A stretch of DNA of 46,073 bases from Candidatus Eiseniibacteriota bacterium (GCA_023132135.1 JAGLYR010000003.1:1-46073); one strand, 5' to 3'; counted from the first letter of the stretch, positions 1 through 9,964 are shown. The notes: generated from the letters alone by a model not told the origin. Made by a program: numbers and translations.

Positions 1-159
1 TCTGCTGCGGCGTTGTATCTACCTGCACTGACTTTGTCATACTCGTTCGGCGATCCTCGACGTACCTTTCGGTACGCCTCCGGTCTCCTCACTCGCATTC
101 CTCGTCATTACAGGCATCTACAACGCCTCGCGACGAGGCTGGTGAGAAATGCAGGCTAG
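1..159. mobile_element. Truncated palindromic MITE/REP-like element (right part with terminal inverted repeat)
   Basis: GGCGTTGTA (9-17) pairs with TACAACGCC (119-127). Internal hairpin CGTACC-tttc-GGTACG at 61-76. Terminus CTGGTGAGAAATGCAGGCT (139-157) recurs inverted at 46049-46067 and as variants at 9710-9763. Confidence 0.6.
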
Positions 160-166
160 AAGGCGG

Positions 167-195
167 TTGACGATGGGGTAGGGGAGGACTATCAT
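167..195 (+). promoter_or_regulatory. sigma70-type promoter for the thiC-hut operon
   Basis: TTGACG (167-172), 17-nt spacer, TATCAT (190-195). Confidence 0.55.
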
Positions 196-302
196 AGCGG
201 CGGAATGAAGTGGGAGGGTACATGTGCCCTCCCCTGGATCATAAGCTTGGGTGCCGACAACGTCGGGGCTGTCGGCCCCGGCTGGAATTGGAGTGAGCAA
301 TT

Positions 303-1595
303 ATGACACAGAGTCAGGCCGCAAAGAGCGGACAGATCACCGATGAGATGAAACAGGTCGCTGAATTCGAGGGCCGGAGCCCGGAGGAGATTCGGGCCGG
401 GGTGGCGAGCGGCCGGGTTGTGATCTGCCGCAATACGCGCGGCGAGAATCGGTTGCCTGTGGGAATCGGAAAGGACCTCCGGACCAAGGTCAACGCGAAC
501 ATCGGGACATCTCCGGACGCTTCGGCCGAGGATCAGGAAATCGAGAAGCTCCGGGTGGCGCTTGAGGCGGGTGCGGACACGGTGATGGATTTGAGTGTGG
601 GCGGCGACATCGACGCGGTGCGCAGGCGAGTCCTCGATGAGTCGACGGTCCCGGTCGGAACCGTGCCCGTTTACCAGAGCATTGCGGAGATCCTCGGAAA
701 AAAGCGGCCGATCGTCGATCTCAGCGAGGACGAGATTGTCGGAATGTTTGAACGGCACGCGAAGGACGGCGTCGATTTTGCCACTATCCACTGTGGAGTC
801 ACCTTGGCGGTGCTCGATCGCCTGAAGGAGATCAACCGCGTGATACCCATCGTGAGCCGGGGCGCGTCTCTCCTGGCCGAGTGGATGGTCAAGAACGGGA
901 AGGAGAATCCTCTGTACGCGCAGTACGACAGCGTGCTGGAAATAGCGGAAGCCTACGACGTGACCCTGAGTCTGGGAGACGGATTGCGGCCTGGAGCGCT
1001 GGCCGATGCTACGGACGGGGCGCAGATTGCCGAGCTGATTGTTATCGGGGAGCTGGTTGAGCGGGCCCGGGCACGAGGCGTGCAGGTGATGGTGGAGGGG
1101 CCGGGGCACGTTCCCCTGCACCAGGTCGCCGCCAACGTGATCCTGGAGAAGAAGATCTGCGACGAAGCTCCCTTCTACGTTCTGGGGCCCCTGGTCACGG
1201 ATGTGGCCTGCGGCTATGACCATATCACGGGCGCCATCGGCGGGGCCATCGCTGCGGCGGCCGGGGCGGATTTCCTCTGCTATGTGACTCCGGCGGAGCA
1301 CCTGGGTCTTCCTAACCGGGAGGACGTGCGTGATGGCGTGATGGCGTCGCGGATCGCGGCGCACGCGGGAGACATCGCCAAAGGGTTGCCGGGAGCGGCC
1401 GCCTGGGACAGGAAAATGTCCGAGGCCCGCGGTGCTCTGGACTGGAAGGCCATGATCGGGTTGGCTATGGACCCTGTCCGGGCCGAGAAGATGCGGTCGG
1501 TCAACCCTCCGGAGGACGATGATCTCTGCTCCATGTGCGGTGAATTCTGCGCGGTGAAGAAATCGACGGAAATATTCAAGGATCCAACAGCGTGA
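303..1595 (+). CDS. thiC: Phosphomethylpyrimidine synthase ThiC (ThiC/BzaABF radical-SAM family, short anaerobe type)
   Basis: [50 protein letters not shown] and C-terminal CSMCGEFC Fe-S motif. Confidence 0.88.
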   Translation: MTQSQAAKSGQITDEMKQVAEFEGRSPEEIRAGVASGRVVICRNTRGENRLPVGIGKDLRTKVNANIGTSPDASAEDQEIEKLRVALEAGADTVMDLSVGGDIDAVRRRVLDESTVPVGTVPVYQSIAEILGKKRPIVDLSEDEIVGMFERHAKDGVDFATIHCGVTLAVLDRLKEINRVIPIVSRGASLLAEWMVKNGKENPLYAQYDSVLEIAEAYDVTLSLGDGLRPGALADATDGAQIAELIVIGELVERARARGVQVMVEGPGHVPLHQVAANVILEKKICDEAPFYVLGPLVTDVACGYDHITGAIGGAIAAAAGADFLCYVTPAEHLGLPNREDVRDGVMASRIAAHAGDIAKGLPGAAAWDRKMSEARGALDWKAMIGLAMDPVRAEKMRSVNPPEDDDLCSMCGEFCAVKKSTEIFKDPTA

Positions 1596-1621
1596 CATCG
1601 TGTTGGCAAGGAGGCCAAGCA

Positions 1622-3295
1622 GTGAGTGTGGATCGAAGGACGGTGAGAGCGCCGCGGGGAACTGCCCTGTCATGCAAAGGGTGGGTCCAGGAAGCGGCGC
1701 TGCGGATGCTGATGAACAATCTGGATCCGGAAGTGGCTGAGGAACCGGATCGGCTGGTCGTCTACGGCGGCACGGGAAAAGCGGCCCGGAGCTGGGAAGC
1801 CTTCGACCGGATTATCGCGTCCCTCAGATCGCTGGAATCGGACGAGACCCTGCTGGTCCAGTCGGGGAAACCGGTCGGGATTTTCAGGACCCACTGCGAC
1901 GCACCCCGGGTTCTCATTGCCAACTCGCTTCTGGTTCCCCAGTGGGCAACGTGGGAGCACTTCTGGGAACTGGAAAAAAAGGGTCTGATGATGTACGGCC
2001 AGATGACGGCCGGCAGCTGGATCTATATCGGCACTCAGGGGATTCTCCAGGGAACGTACGAGACACTGGCGGAGCTGGCCCGGCAACACTTCGGGGGAAG
2101 CTTGAAGGGCAGGCTTGTGCTGACTGGGGGACTGGGAGGCATGGGGGGCGCCCAACCCCTTGCGGTCACGATGAATGATGGCGTGTGCATTGTGGCGGAG
2201 GTCGATCCCGCCCGCGTGGCCCGGAGGATGGATGCCGGCTACTGCGACTGCTCCACCGACCGTCTGGATGAGGCATTGCGGCTGGCCAGAGAGGCGCTGG
2301 CACAGGGAGTGGCGCGGTCCATCGGCATAGTAGGGAACGCTGCCGACATTTTCCACCGGATCGCGGAGTCGGATGTCCGGCCTGACGTAGTTACGGACCA
2401 GACCTCGGCTCACGACCCGCTGAACGGGTACATCCCCGAGGGCCTGTCGCTGAGTCGGGCGGCAGACCTCAGGGAGAACAGCCCAGACGAGTACATCCGG
2501 CGGGCAAGGGAATCCATCGCAAAGCACGTGCGGGCCATGCTCGCATTCCAGGAAGCCGGCTCCGTGGTTTTCGACTACGGAAACAACATCCGCGGACAGG
2601 CCCGGACCGGCGGTGTTGAGAACGCCTTTGATTTCCAGGGATTCGTCCCGGCCTTCATTCGTCCCCTCTTCTGCAGGGGGAAGGGGCCCTTCCGGTGGGT
2701 GGCGCTCTCCGGGGACCCCGAAGATATCCTGAGAACCGACCGGGCCCTGCTGGAACTGTTTCCCAACGATGAGGCCCTGGCCCGGTGGATCCGGATGGCC
2801 GAGAAACGGGTACCCCTCCAGGGACTGCCCTCCCGGATCTGCTGGTTGGGCTATGGAGAGCGGGCGGCTTTCGGTCAGGTCCTGAACCGGTTGGTGGCCA
2901 GCGGCGAGGTTGGGGCGCCCATTGTGATAGGGCGCGATCATCTGGACAGCGGGTCGGTGGCATCTCCCTACCGGGAGACCGAAGCCATGGCCGACGGTTC
3001 CGATGCGGTGGCCGACTGGCCGATTCTCAATGCGCTGCTCAATGCCGTATCGGGAGCGAGCTGGGTTTCCGTGCATCATGGCGGTGGTGTGGGAATGGGA
3101 CTGTCCATCCACGCGGGAATGGTTATTGTGGCCGATGGAACCGAGGAGGCCGGCCGACGTTTGGAGAGGGTGCTCACTGTCGATCCGGGGACAGGTGTGG
3201 TGAGGCACGCGGATGCCGGGTACGAGAGTGCTCTGGAGGCGGCCAGGGAACACGGGATCCGGATTCCAGGTCTGAACCCCGTGATGGAGGAATAG
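1622..3295 (+). CDS. hutU: Urocanate hydratase
   Basis: [65 protein letters not shown]; GTG start chosen after AAGGAGG RBS. Confidence 0.97.
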   Translation: MSVDRRTVRAPRGTALSCKGWVQEAALRMLMNNLDPEVAEEPDRLVVYGGTGKAARSWEAFDRIIASLRSLESDETLLVQSGKPVGIFRTHCDAPRVLIANSLLVPQWATWEHFWELEKKGLMMYGQMTAGSWIYIGTQGILQGTYETLAELARQHFGGSLKGRLVLTGGLGGMGGAQPLAVTMNDGVCIVAEVDPARVARRMDAGYCDCSTDRLDEALRLAREALAQGVARSIGIVGNAADIFHRIAESDVRPDVVTDQTSAHDPLNGYIPEGLSLSRAADLRENSPDEYIRRARESIAKHVRAMLAFQEAGSVVFDYGNNIRGQARTGGVENAFDFQGFVPAFIRPLFCRGKGPFRWVALSGDPEDILRTDRALLELFPNDEALARWIRMAEKRVPLQGLPSRICWLGYGERAAFGQVLNRLVASGEVGAPIVIGRDHLDSGSVASPYRETEAMADGSDAVADWPILNALLNAVSGASWVSVHHGGGVGMGLSIHAGMVIVADGTEEAGRRLERVLTVDPGTGVVRHADAGYESALEAAREHGIRIPGLNPVMEE

Positions 3296-3300
3296 CGTTC

Positions 3301-4587
3301 TTGAAGAACGTGGCGGATGTGATTATTGAGGGGATCGACGAGCTGGTCACCGTCGATCCGGGGGATGACACCCGGGAAGAGGGAGATCTGGGACTCATCC
3401 GTGATGGGGCCGTGGCCTTGGGCGGTGGTGAGATTCTGGCGGTGGGCCGATCGCGCGAGATCACGGAAACATATCGTCTCACCAAGGGTGGAATGCGTCT
3501 GAACGGGCAGGGCCAGGTGCTCCTGCCCGGTTTTGTGGATCCGCATACCCACGTTGTGTTCGGGGGCTCCAGAGAGCATGAATTCGAAATGCGGATTTGC
3601 GGATCCAGCTACCAGGAAATCGCCGCCAGGGGTGGGGGGATCCGGGCCACGGTGAGTGCCGTACGACAGACGCCGGCCGAGGAGCTGCTGGAGGCGGGGC
3701 TCCGGCGGCTGGACCGGATGCTCTGCTACGGGACGACCACGGCGGAGGCCAAGAGCGGGTACGGTCTCTCACTGGAGTCGGAGATCAAGCTGCTCGAGGT
3801 GGCGAGGGATCTCAATGACCGGCACCCCGTGGATCTGGTTTCGACTTTCCTTGGAGCGCATGAGGTTCCGGAAGAGTATGTGCACCGGAAGGAGGAGTAC
3901 ATCGACCTCCTGGTGGATGAAATGATCCCGGAGGTGGTGCGCCGTGACCTGGCGGAGTTCTGCGATGTGTTTTGCGAGGAAGGAGTCTACACGCGCGAGG
4001 AATCAAGGAGAATCCTGAGTTCTGCGTCGAAAGCAGGTTTGAAGCCCAAGATTCATGCGGATGAATTCACAAACCAGAAAGGCGCGGAGCTGGCCGTGGA
4101 AATCGGAGCAACATCGGCCGATCATCTACTCGCGATCTCCGGGCAGGGCCTGAACGCTCTCCGGGAGAGCCGTGTGATCCCCGTACTCCTTCCCGGCACA
4201 TGCTTCAGCCTGGGGCTGGACAGCTATGCTCCGGCCCGGGAAATGCTCCAGTGGGGCCTCAAGGTGGCCCTGGGCACAGACCTTAACCCGGGGAGCTCCA
4301 TGACCGAGTCCATGCCCATGATCACCACTCTGGCGTGTGTCATGCTTCACATGACGCCGGCGGAGGCCATTGTCGGTGCAACTCTGAATGCTGCCCTTGC
4401 GGTGGACCGGGCGGATCAGGTGGGAAGCGTGACACAGGGGAAGAAGGCCGACCTGATCCTGCTGGACATGCCTTCCTTCCGGTACCTGCCCTACCACTAC
4501 GGAGTCAATCTGGTGGACAAGGTGATCAAGAACGGGCGGTTGGTGGTGGATGGGGGGAGACGCGTCCAGCACGGGGACAATCCATGA
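3301..4587 (+). CDS. hutI: Imidazolonepropionase
   Basis: PGFVDPHTH, GTTTAEAKSGYGL, TFLGAH, DVFCEEG, KIHADE, ALGTDLNPGS; start estimated at TTG after GGAGG; follows hutU. Confidence 0.95.
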   Translation: MKNVADVIIEGIDELVTVDPGDDTREEGDLGLIRDGAVALGGGEILAVGRSREITETYRLTKGGMRLNGQGQVLLPGFVDPHTHVVFGGSREHEFEMRICGSSYQEIAARGGGIRATVSAVRQTPAEELLEAGLRRLDRMLCYGTTTAEAKSGYGLSLESEIKLLEVARDLNDRHPVDLVSTFLGAHEVPEEYVHRKEEYIDLLVDEMIPEVVRRDLAEFCDVFCEEGVYTREESRRILSSASKAGLKPKIHADEFTNQKGAELAVEIGATSADHLLAISGQGLNALRESRVIPVLLPGTCFSLGLDSYAPAREMLQWGLKVALGTDLNPGSSMTESMPMITTLACVMLHMTPAEAIVGATLNAALAVDRADQVGSVTQGKKADLILLDMPSFRYLPYHYGVNLVDKVIKNGRLVVDGGRRVQHGDNP

Positions 4588-5432
4588 ACGACTCCAGGCG
4601 CGTAGACCTGCATGTACACACCATTTTCTCTGACGGCGATCTGACTCCCGAGACATTGGTTTGTCAGGCGCTGGACAATGATCTGGCCGCCGTGGCGGTG
4701 ACCGATCACGATACCGTGATGGGTGTGGGCCCTGTGATGGAGGCCGCCCGGGGAACGGGACTGGAGATCATCGCAGGGGTGGAACTGAGCTCGAGCAACG
4801 GATCGAACGATATCCACGTTCTCGGCTATCTTGTCGACTGTACCGATGATTCGTTTCTCCGGGCCCTTGCCCTTTTCCAGCGGAAGCGGTCCGAGCGGGC
4901 GATCGAGATGGTCCGGTTGCTTCATGCGTTGGGTCTGCGGGTGCGAATGGACCTGGTGCTGGAGTTCGCCGGAGATGGATCCATTGGCAGGCCCCACGTG
5001 GCGCAGGCTCTTCTGGAACAGCGGTTGACCAGCAGCTTTGAGGAGGCTTTCCGGAAGTACATCGGCTATGGGGGACCCGCGTACGTGGAAAAGCACCGGC
5101 TGGAACCTTCTGAGGCATTTGCCCTGATCCGGCGCGCCGGAGGGGTTGCGGGAGTGGCGCACCCCGGGACTCTGAGACAGGATAGTCTGCTCCCGGGTTT
5201 CGTGTCCGATGGAATGGAAGCCATCGAGGTCTGGCATCCCAGGCATGGGGATGGTCAGTCGGAGAAGTATGGGAACTTCGCTCGTGAGCACGGGCTGGCA
5301 ATGACAGGCGGGTCGGATTCCCACGGCGTGCGAACCGGACTGCAGAACTTCAGGCCGATCCCCGTGACGTATGAAGCGGTGCGCGCGCTACGTAGGATCG
5401 CAGACTCTCGCCACCACACCGCCGAATCGTGA
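4584..5432 (+). CDS. PHP-domain phosphoesterase (YciV/TrpH-like)
   Basis: DLHVHTIFSDG, AVTDHDT, GVELS, HVLGY, GRPHVA, AHP, GGSDSHG; ATGA overlap with hutI stop. Confidence 0.9.
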   Translation: MNDSRRVDLHVHTIFSDGDLTPETLVCQALDNDLAAVAVTDHDTVMGVGPVMEAARGTGLEIIAGVELSSSNGSNDIHVLGYLVDCTDDSFLRALALFQRKRSERAIEMVRLLHALGLRVRMDLVLEFAGDGSIGRPHVAQALLEQRLTSSFEEAFRKYIGYGGPAYVEKHRLEPSEAFALIRRAGGVAGVAHPGTLRQDSLLPGFVSDGMEAIEVWHPRHGDGQSEKYGNFAREHGLAMTGGSDSHGVRTGLQNFRPIPVTYEAVRALRRIADSRHHTAES

Positions 5433-5983
5433 CCACAACAGACATCACCCGGATTGCTCTCTTCATCGCACTCGCTCTGGCGTCGGGGTTTGCCCTGCTG
5501 GCAGTGCCCAATGTCGAGCTCATAACCCTTTCGGTATTCTGTGGCGGGGTTTCTCTGGGGGTCCGGAGAGGCGCCCTGGTCGGTCTCCTTTCAATGTTCC
5601 TGTTTACCATGTTCAACCCGTACGGGGTGGCGCCCCTTCCCCTTGCCGGGGCCCAGGTGGCGGTCATGGCGCTGGTGGGAGCTGCCGGGGGGGCGGAGAG
5701 CCGGTGGATCGTCTCACGGATGAGGTCGGAAGAGGGGGGACGCTCCACTGCGGGTCTTGTGGCGCTGGCGGCGACGGGCGTGCTGCTGACTATCGTGTAT
5801 GATGTGGCCACAACGCTGGCCATCGCGGGCATGCTGGCGGAGTCCGGCAAGGTGAGCTTCTGGGTTCTGGTGGTCACGGGTTCCGCGTTTTCGTTGTTGC
5901 ATGTCGTTTCCAATGGTCTCATCTTCTGCGTCGTAGGGGGGAGCGCGATCCGGGCCCTGGCTGTCTGGAAAAAGGCGCTGTAG
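5429..5983 (+). CDS. ECF transporter S-component-like membrane protein
   Basis: ~184 aa, ~5-6 hydrophobic helices, N-terminal ALFIALA (AxxxA) and VPNVELIT motif resembling CbrT-type S components. Confidence 0.7.
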   Translation: MTTTDITRIALFIALALASGFALLAVPNVELITLSVFCGGVSLGVRRGALVGLLSMFLFTMFNPYGVAPLPLAGAQVAVMALVGAAGGAESRWIVSRMRSEEGGRSTAGLVALAATGVLLTIVYDVATTLAIAGMLAESGKVSFWVLVVTGSAFSLLHVVSNGLIFCVVGGSAIRALAVWKKAL

Positions 5984-6020
5984 GGGAAACGCAGACCGCC
6001 GCATCGGTTGGGAAGGGAAG

Positions 6021-7910
6021 ATGAAGAGAACACAGAAGAGGGGTCTTCCGGGACACGACACCAGGCGCGGTGGGACAGCGTTCCTGGTCGTCGCGCTGGT
6101 TGTCCTGATGTGGGCCGCCCCAGATGGTGCGCTGGCCGCGGAGCCGGCTGCGGAGCCGGCCGCGGCGCCCGAGGCGCAGCCCGAGGTGGTACCCGAGCGA
6201 GCGGACGATGGCGGGCGCGTTTTCACGGATTCCTGGGACACCTTGTGCGAGACGGGCGTCGGCACACCGGTTTCGGGTGGGATGCTGGGGTCGCCTCTCT
6301 ATCTTGCTGGAGAGTCCGGAGATCCCTTCTCCGTGCTGGTCCTGCTGGACGATGTGTCGCTGAATCATCCGCAGACCGGATGGATGGACTGGAAAAGCCT
6401 CTCCCCGGGTTCGGTCCGCCCGGGATGGTTTTCACCGGGTGGATGGAACTCAAGGTTCCGGGACGGCTCCTTGGACGGGAGCGTTGCTCTGCGCGGGAAG
6501 CGGGGGCGGCTTGACGTTCCGGTGAGCAGGATTGCATTCATCCAGGGACCGAGGGGGTACAGAAGAAACGGTGCAGAGTTTGGCCGGAGCGTGGGTGGTA
6601 GTTGGGGCGCGTACCTGAGTATTGAGCAGACGGAGGGTACACCGACGCCCTCATCCATCCGGCACAGCATCGACCAGATCGGCGCTGCCCTGGAGGGGAA
6701 TCTGGGTGGGTGGTACACGCGGGTGACGATCCGCAGGCATGACGCGGAGCGTGAGTGGAGCTCTGTGACGGTTCCCCCGGACGGTATACACGGCAGCGAG
6801 AACATGAGGGAGACCACGGTGCTGGCGCAGGGGCGGGGACTGGGTGCGGAACGTCTGGGAGTTTCCCTGTGGACCCGGGATCTCTCATCGGTGGAGGAGA
6901 GGTTGTCGGGTTGGGATCTGGCGCGGGTGGGCGACCGGCTCTCGGGCGGGTTGGTGGCGGGTGAGTGGGACGTGGGGAAAACGCACCGGGTCAGCCTCGA
7001 GGCAGGTGTGGAGCGTCGTTCCTGCGAGTGGTTGGGCGCGCCGTCGAGAACGGAATGGGAGGCTGGGCTCTGGGTTGGGGATGAGGTCGCCTGCGGGGGC
7101 GGCACGGCGCGGCTTGGACTGCGCGCCGAGTACGGAGGGGGATGGGAAGCCCGGATGGGCGGAGGCCTGGGGTGGTCGAAGCGTCTCGGGTTGGGTCGGT
7201 TTTCCAGCGACGTGTACCGGAGTTTCCGAGCCCCGGGAGAACACGAGCGCCGCTACTCGGAAACGCCCCCGGCAACATCGGCGAGGACCGGCGTACGCAT
7301 GGAGTACACGTTTGGGGAACCTGGAAGGGAAAGCGGTATCCGGCTTTTCACGTGGGAGGAGGACAACCATCCTCTCTGGGATGTGACAGCGCTTCAGGGC
7401 GGTGTGGGTGGTGTGAGATGGCGGCTTGCGGAAGCCCGGATTCGGGCGACAGGATCGCTGATCTGGGCTCGATGGGGTGTGGGGGAGAGGGGCCGGCTCT
7501 GGTCATCGCTCCGGCTCCGCCGGGTCCGGGACTCCGGCGGAGAGGCTGTACCATTGGCTCCCGCCGCCGCGGTTACATTGGGAGGAGAACTCCGGATTCC
7601 TCTCCCACTGCGAGAAACGAGCGTGGTGGCTTCCTGTCGCGGGTATGGGTGGACAGACACCGGGTTGCCGGAAGGGGGCGAACAGGTTGCCGGAATGCTG
7701 CTGGATGCCGAGGTCGGGTTCGAGCTGGACACGTTCCGTGTGTCGGGCGGGATCCGGAATCTCTTCGATACTGCGGTGGCGGAGAGTCCCTTTCTCCTTG
7801 TGCGGGAGCGGTGGACAGGGCGGATGGAGCGGTTTGGAACCGTTCCGCGCAACGCGTGTCAAACAAAAAGGGAAACGTACTTCGGGATAAGTCTGGTTCT
7901 CTATGACTGA
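6021..7910 (+). CDS. TonB-dependent-receptor-like / putative porin outer-membrane protein
   Basis: Signal peptide, degenerate plug motif (VLVLLDDVSLNHPQTG), amphipathic aromatic beta-strands, IRNLFD motif, C-terminal YFGISLVLYD. Confidence 0.6.
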   Translation: MKRTQKRGLPGHDTRRGGTAFLVVALVVLMWAAPDGALAAEPAAEPAAAPEAQPEVVPERADDGGRVFTDSWDTLCETGVGTPVSGGMLGSPLYLAGESGDPFSVLVLLDDVSLNHPQTGWMDWKSLSPGSVRPGWFSPGGWNSRFRDGSLDGSVALRGKRGRLDVPVSRIAFIQGPRGYRRNGAEFGRSVGGSWGAYLSIEQTEGTPTPSSIRHSIDQIGAALEGNLGGWYTRVTIRRHDAEREWSSVTVPPDGIHGSENMRETTVLAQGRGLGAERLGVSLWTRDLSSVEERLSGWDLARVGDRLSGGLVAGEWDVGKTHRVSLEAGVERRSCEWLGAPSRTEWEAGLWVGDEVACGGGTARLGLRAEYGGGWEARMGGGLGWSKRLGLGRFSSDVYRSFRAPGEHERRYSETPPATSARTGVRMEYTFGEPGRESGIRLFTWEEDNHPLWDVTALQGGVGGVRWRLAEARIRATGSLIWARWGVGERGRLWSSLRLRRVRDSGGEAVPLAPAAAVTLGGELRIPLPLRETSVVASCRGYGWTDTGLPEGGEQVAGMLLDAEVGFELDTFRVSGGIRNLFDTAVAESPFLLVRERWTGRMERFGTVPRNACQTKRETYFGISLVLYD

Positions 7911-7931
7911 CCTTGACAGGAGATGTGAATC

Positions 7932-9011
7932 ATGACCTCAGAGATGTTTGCCGTCATCATGGCCGGTGGAAGGGGCACGCGCTTCTGGCCCCTCTCCCGC
8001 CGCAACCGCGCCAAGCAATTCCTCCGGATCGCACCGGGAGGGACGTTGATTCAAAGCACGGTGGCGCGCATTCAGCCCCTGCTCCCCGCTGACCGCATTC
8101 TTGTGGTTCTTGGAGAAGATCAACTGGACGAAGCCGCCCGGCAGCTGCCCGGACTTCCCCCCGAGAATTTTGTCGTGGAACCTGTTGGAAGGAACACGGC
8201 TCCAGCCATTGCGCTGGCTTCCATGGTGGTGTCCGACAGGGACCCGGACGGTGTTATGGTGGTCCTGCCGGCGGACCATCTCATAGGGGACGAGGCGGAC
8301 TTCCGCGGGGTCCTGGCGGCTGCGGGGGAGGCGGCGTGCAAGTCCTCCGTGCTGGTGGTTCTGGGGATCCGGCCGACGGGACCCGACACCGGATTCGGGT
8401 ACATTGAGGTGGGTGAAATGTGGGCGGAGGAATCCGGCCGGTCCATCCACCGGGTGGGTCGGTTTGTGGAGAAACCAACCCGGGAGAGGGCGGAGAAATA
8501 CGTGGAGGAGGGTTTCCTCTGGAACAGCGGCATGTTCGTCTGGCGGGCCTCGATAATTCGGGACCAGATAGCGATGCACCTGCCGGAGCTTCAGTCGACC
8601 CTGGATGGAATCTGGAACACGGCTCCCGGCTCCGGGCGCTCGGAAAAGATCCGGGAAGTCTACCCGGAACTGGATGCCGTCTCCATCGACTACGGTGTGA
8701 TGGAGAAGTCGGCCGATACGGTGGTGATTCCCTGCCAGTTCGGATGGAATGATGTCGGAAGCTGGTCGGCTCTTGCGTCTGTGTGGAAGAAGGATGAGCA
8801 GGGGAACGCTGTCCGTGGCCAGGTGGTCACCATGGGTGCGAAGCGGTGTGTTGTCTCCACCGACGATCGCCTCGTAGCGCTGGTGGATGTGGAAGATGTG
8901 ATAGTTGTTGACACGCCTGATGCCATTTTGGTTTGCCGGAGCACGTCTGATCAGAAACTCCGGGATCTCGTGAATCTACTGCAGGTTTCCTCACTGGATA
9001 GGTACCTCTAA
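7932..9011 (+). CDS. manC: Mannose-1-phosphate guanylyltransferase
   Basis: VIMAGGRGTRFWPLSR, EPVGRNTAPA, PADHLI, FVEKP, WNSGMF, SIDYGVMEK, WNDVGSW. Confidence 0.93.
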   Translation: MTSEMFAVIMAGGRGTRFWPLSRRNRAKQFLRIAPGGTLIQSTVARIQPLLPADRILVVLGEDQLDEAARQLPGLPPENFVVEPVGRNTAPAIALASMVVSDRDPDGVMVVLPADHLIGDEADFRGVLAAAGEAACKSSVLVVLGIRPTGPDTGFGYIEVGEMWAEESGRSIHRVGRFVEKPTRERAEKYVEEGFLWNSGMFVWRASIIRDQIAMHLPELQSTLDGIWNTAPGSGRSEKIREVYPELDAVSIDYGVMEKSADTVVIPCQFGWNDVGSWSALASVWKKDEQGNAVRGQVVTMGAKRCVVSTDDRLVALVDVEDVIVVDTPDAILVCRSTSDQKLRDLVNLLQVSSLDRYL

Positions 9012-9204
9012 CCACCCCGGGTCGGGGCCGGAAATATTTTCTCACTTTCTACCCGCCAGGGTCGATTCCCCGGTAAAGATGTCCCTCTTCTCAGTCGATA
9101 GATTCCCCTGTAAGCTAGTCCTGAAGCACCTTTCCAAGACAGTACAATTCTGGGAGTTCATCATCTTAGGCAAGCGATGCTTGTGTTTGTTTGCCGGGAA
9201 CGGG

Positions 9205-9696
9205 GTGTGGTTGCGCGCCCTTTCCAGGCAAGAGAAAGTTGTCGTCCTGAGTTCGGTGGGGGTGATCCTGCTGGGACTCGCGGCGCTCCTCTACAGCTTT
9301 GCCAGCCCTGAAGGAGCGGGGGATCTCCTGGTCCCGTGGACTGCCTCGCGGGCGGTCTCCGCTGAAACGGGCGCCACTCCGCCGTGGCCGGGCATTTCGG
9401 AGTCCCGTGCGCAGTGTGCCCTGAGCACCCACTTGGCGAAGGTGGAGAAGAGGATCCGATCGCGGGGTGACGCGGAAAGGGAAGAAGCAGCGGCTCCTGT
9501 GCGCAGGATCAATATCAATACCGCCGGGGAAGCGGAACTGGCCTTGCTTGACGGAATTGGCCGGACGAGGGCGAAGGCGATCATGGAATACCGGGCGAGG
9601 GAGGGAGTGTTCAGCTCCATCGATGAAATTCAGAAGGTCAGGGGCATTGGCCCGGGGACTTTCGCACGTATAGCGGATTGGATTTGCACGGAGTGA
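9205..9696 (+). CDS. comEA: ComEA-family helix-hairpin-helix DNA-binding protein
   Basis: N-terminal TM segment; C-terminal ININTA..EL..LDGIG...AKAI..YR...G.F.SIDEI.KVRGIG HhH domain; start estimated at GTG 9205. Confidence 0.88.
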   Translation: MWLRALSRQEKVVVLSSVGVILLGLAALLYSFASPEGAGDLLVPWTASRAVSAETGATPPWPGISESRAQCALSTHLAKVEKRIRSRGDAEREEAAAPVRRININTAGEAELALLDGIGRTRAKAIMEYRAREGVFSSIDEIQKVRGIGPGTFARIADWICTE

Positions 9697-9709
9697 GGTT
9701 CGTTTGCAA

Positions 9710-9763
9710 CTCAGCCCGCACTTATCACCAGCCTCGTCTGGTTGGTGAGAAATGCGGGCTGAG
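9710..9763. repeat. Miniature inverted-repeat element (both TIRs of the window-end repeat, 12-nt core)
   Basis: CTCAGCCCGCACTTATCACCA (9710-9730) and TGGTGAGAAATGCGGGCTGAG (9743-9763) are 21-bp inverted repeats with 2 mismatches; related to 132-159. Confidence 0.75.
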
Positions 9764-9883
9764 ACCGTGCATTTTGAGAGATGTGTAATTGCGGTAACGC
9801 ATTTTGCAAATCCGGTGGATCCGGCCGGTGCCCTTTGTTGGGCAGTACTGGCAGGTTTCGCGGGATCGTTGTGCACACGGGCC

Positions 9884-9899
9884 GGGCACAGGTATTGCA
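9884..9899 (+). promoter_or_regulatory. sigma54 (-24/-12) promoter upstream of pilB
   Basis: gGGCAC-AGGTA-TTGCA, GG-N10-GC spacing. Confidence 0.65.
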
Positions 9900-9964
9900 C
9901 GCGCGCGGGTTCGTTCCGGGATCCGGCCGAAACGGACCCCGCGGGTTAAGGAACCGTTGAACTG

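Noticed and set aside
196-302. TPP riboswitch upstream of thiC
   Set aside because: Conserved TPP aptamer elements (CUGAGA, CCUGA..GGAUAAU-like) not found by eye
192-3253. Long minus-strand ORFs (192-1673, 1670-3253; similarly 15696-17447, 20296-22569, 28168-30321, 40528-42006)
   Set aside because: Antisense shadows of well-supported + strand genes in high-GC DNA; no recognisable motifs
2785-3300. N-terminal extension of the hutI ORF (also track starts for PHP, pilC, ABC ATPase, pilD, pilX, barrel and M6 protease)
   Set aside because: These extensions overlap upstream genes or lack homology-like sequence; downstream starts with RBS were used instead
9166-9182. sigma54-like site upstream of comEA (AGGCAAGCGATGC)
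   Set aside because: GG-GC spacing is 8 nt, not the required 10
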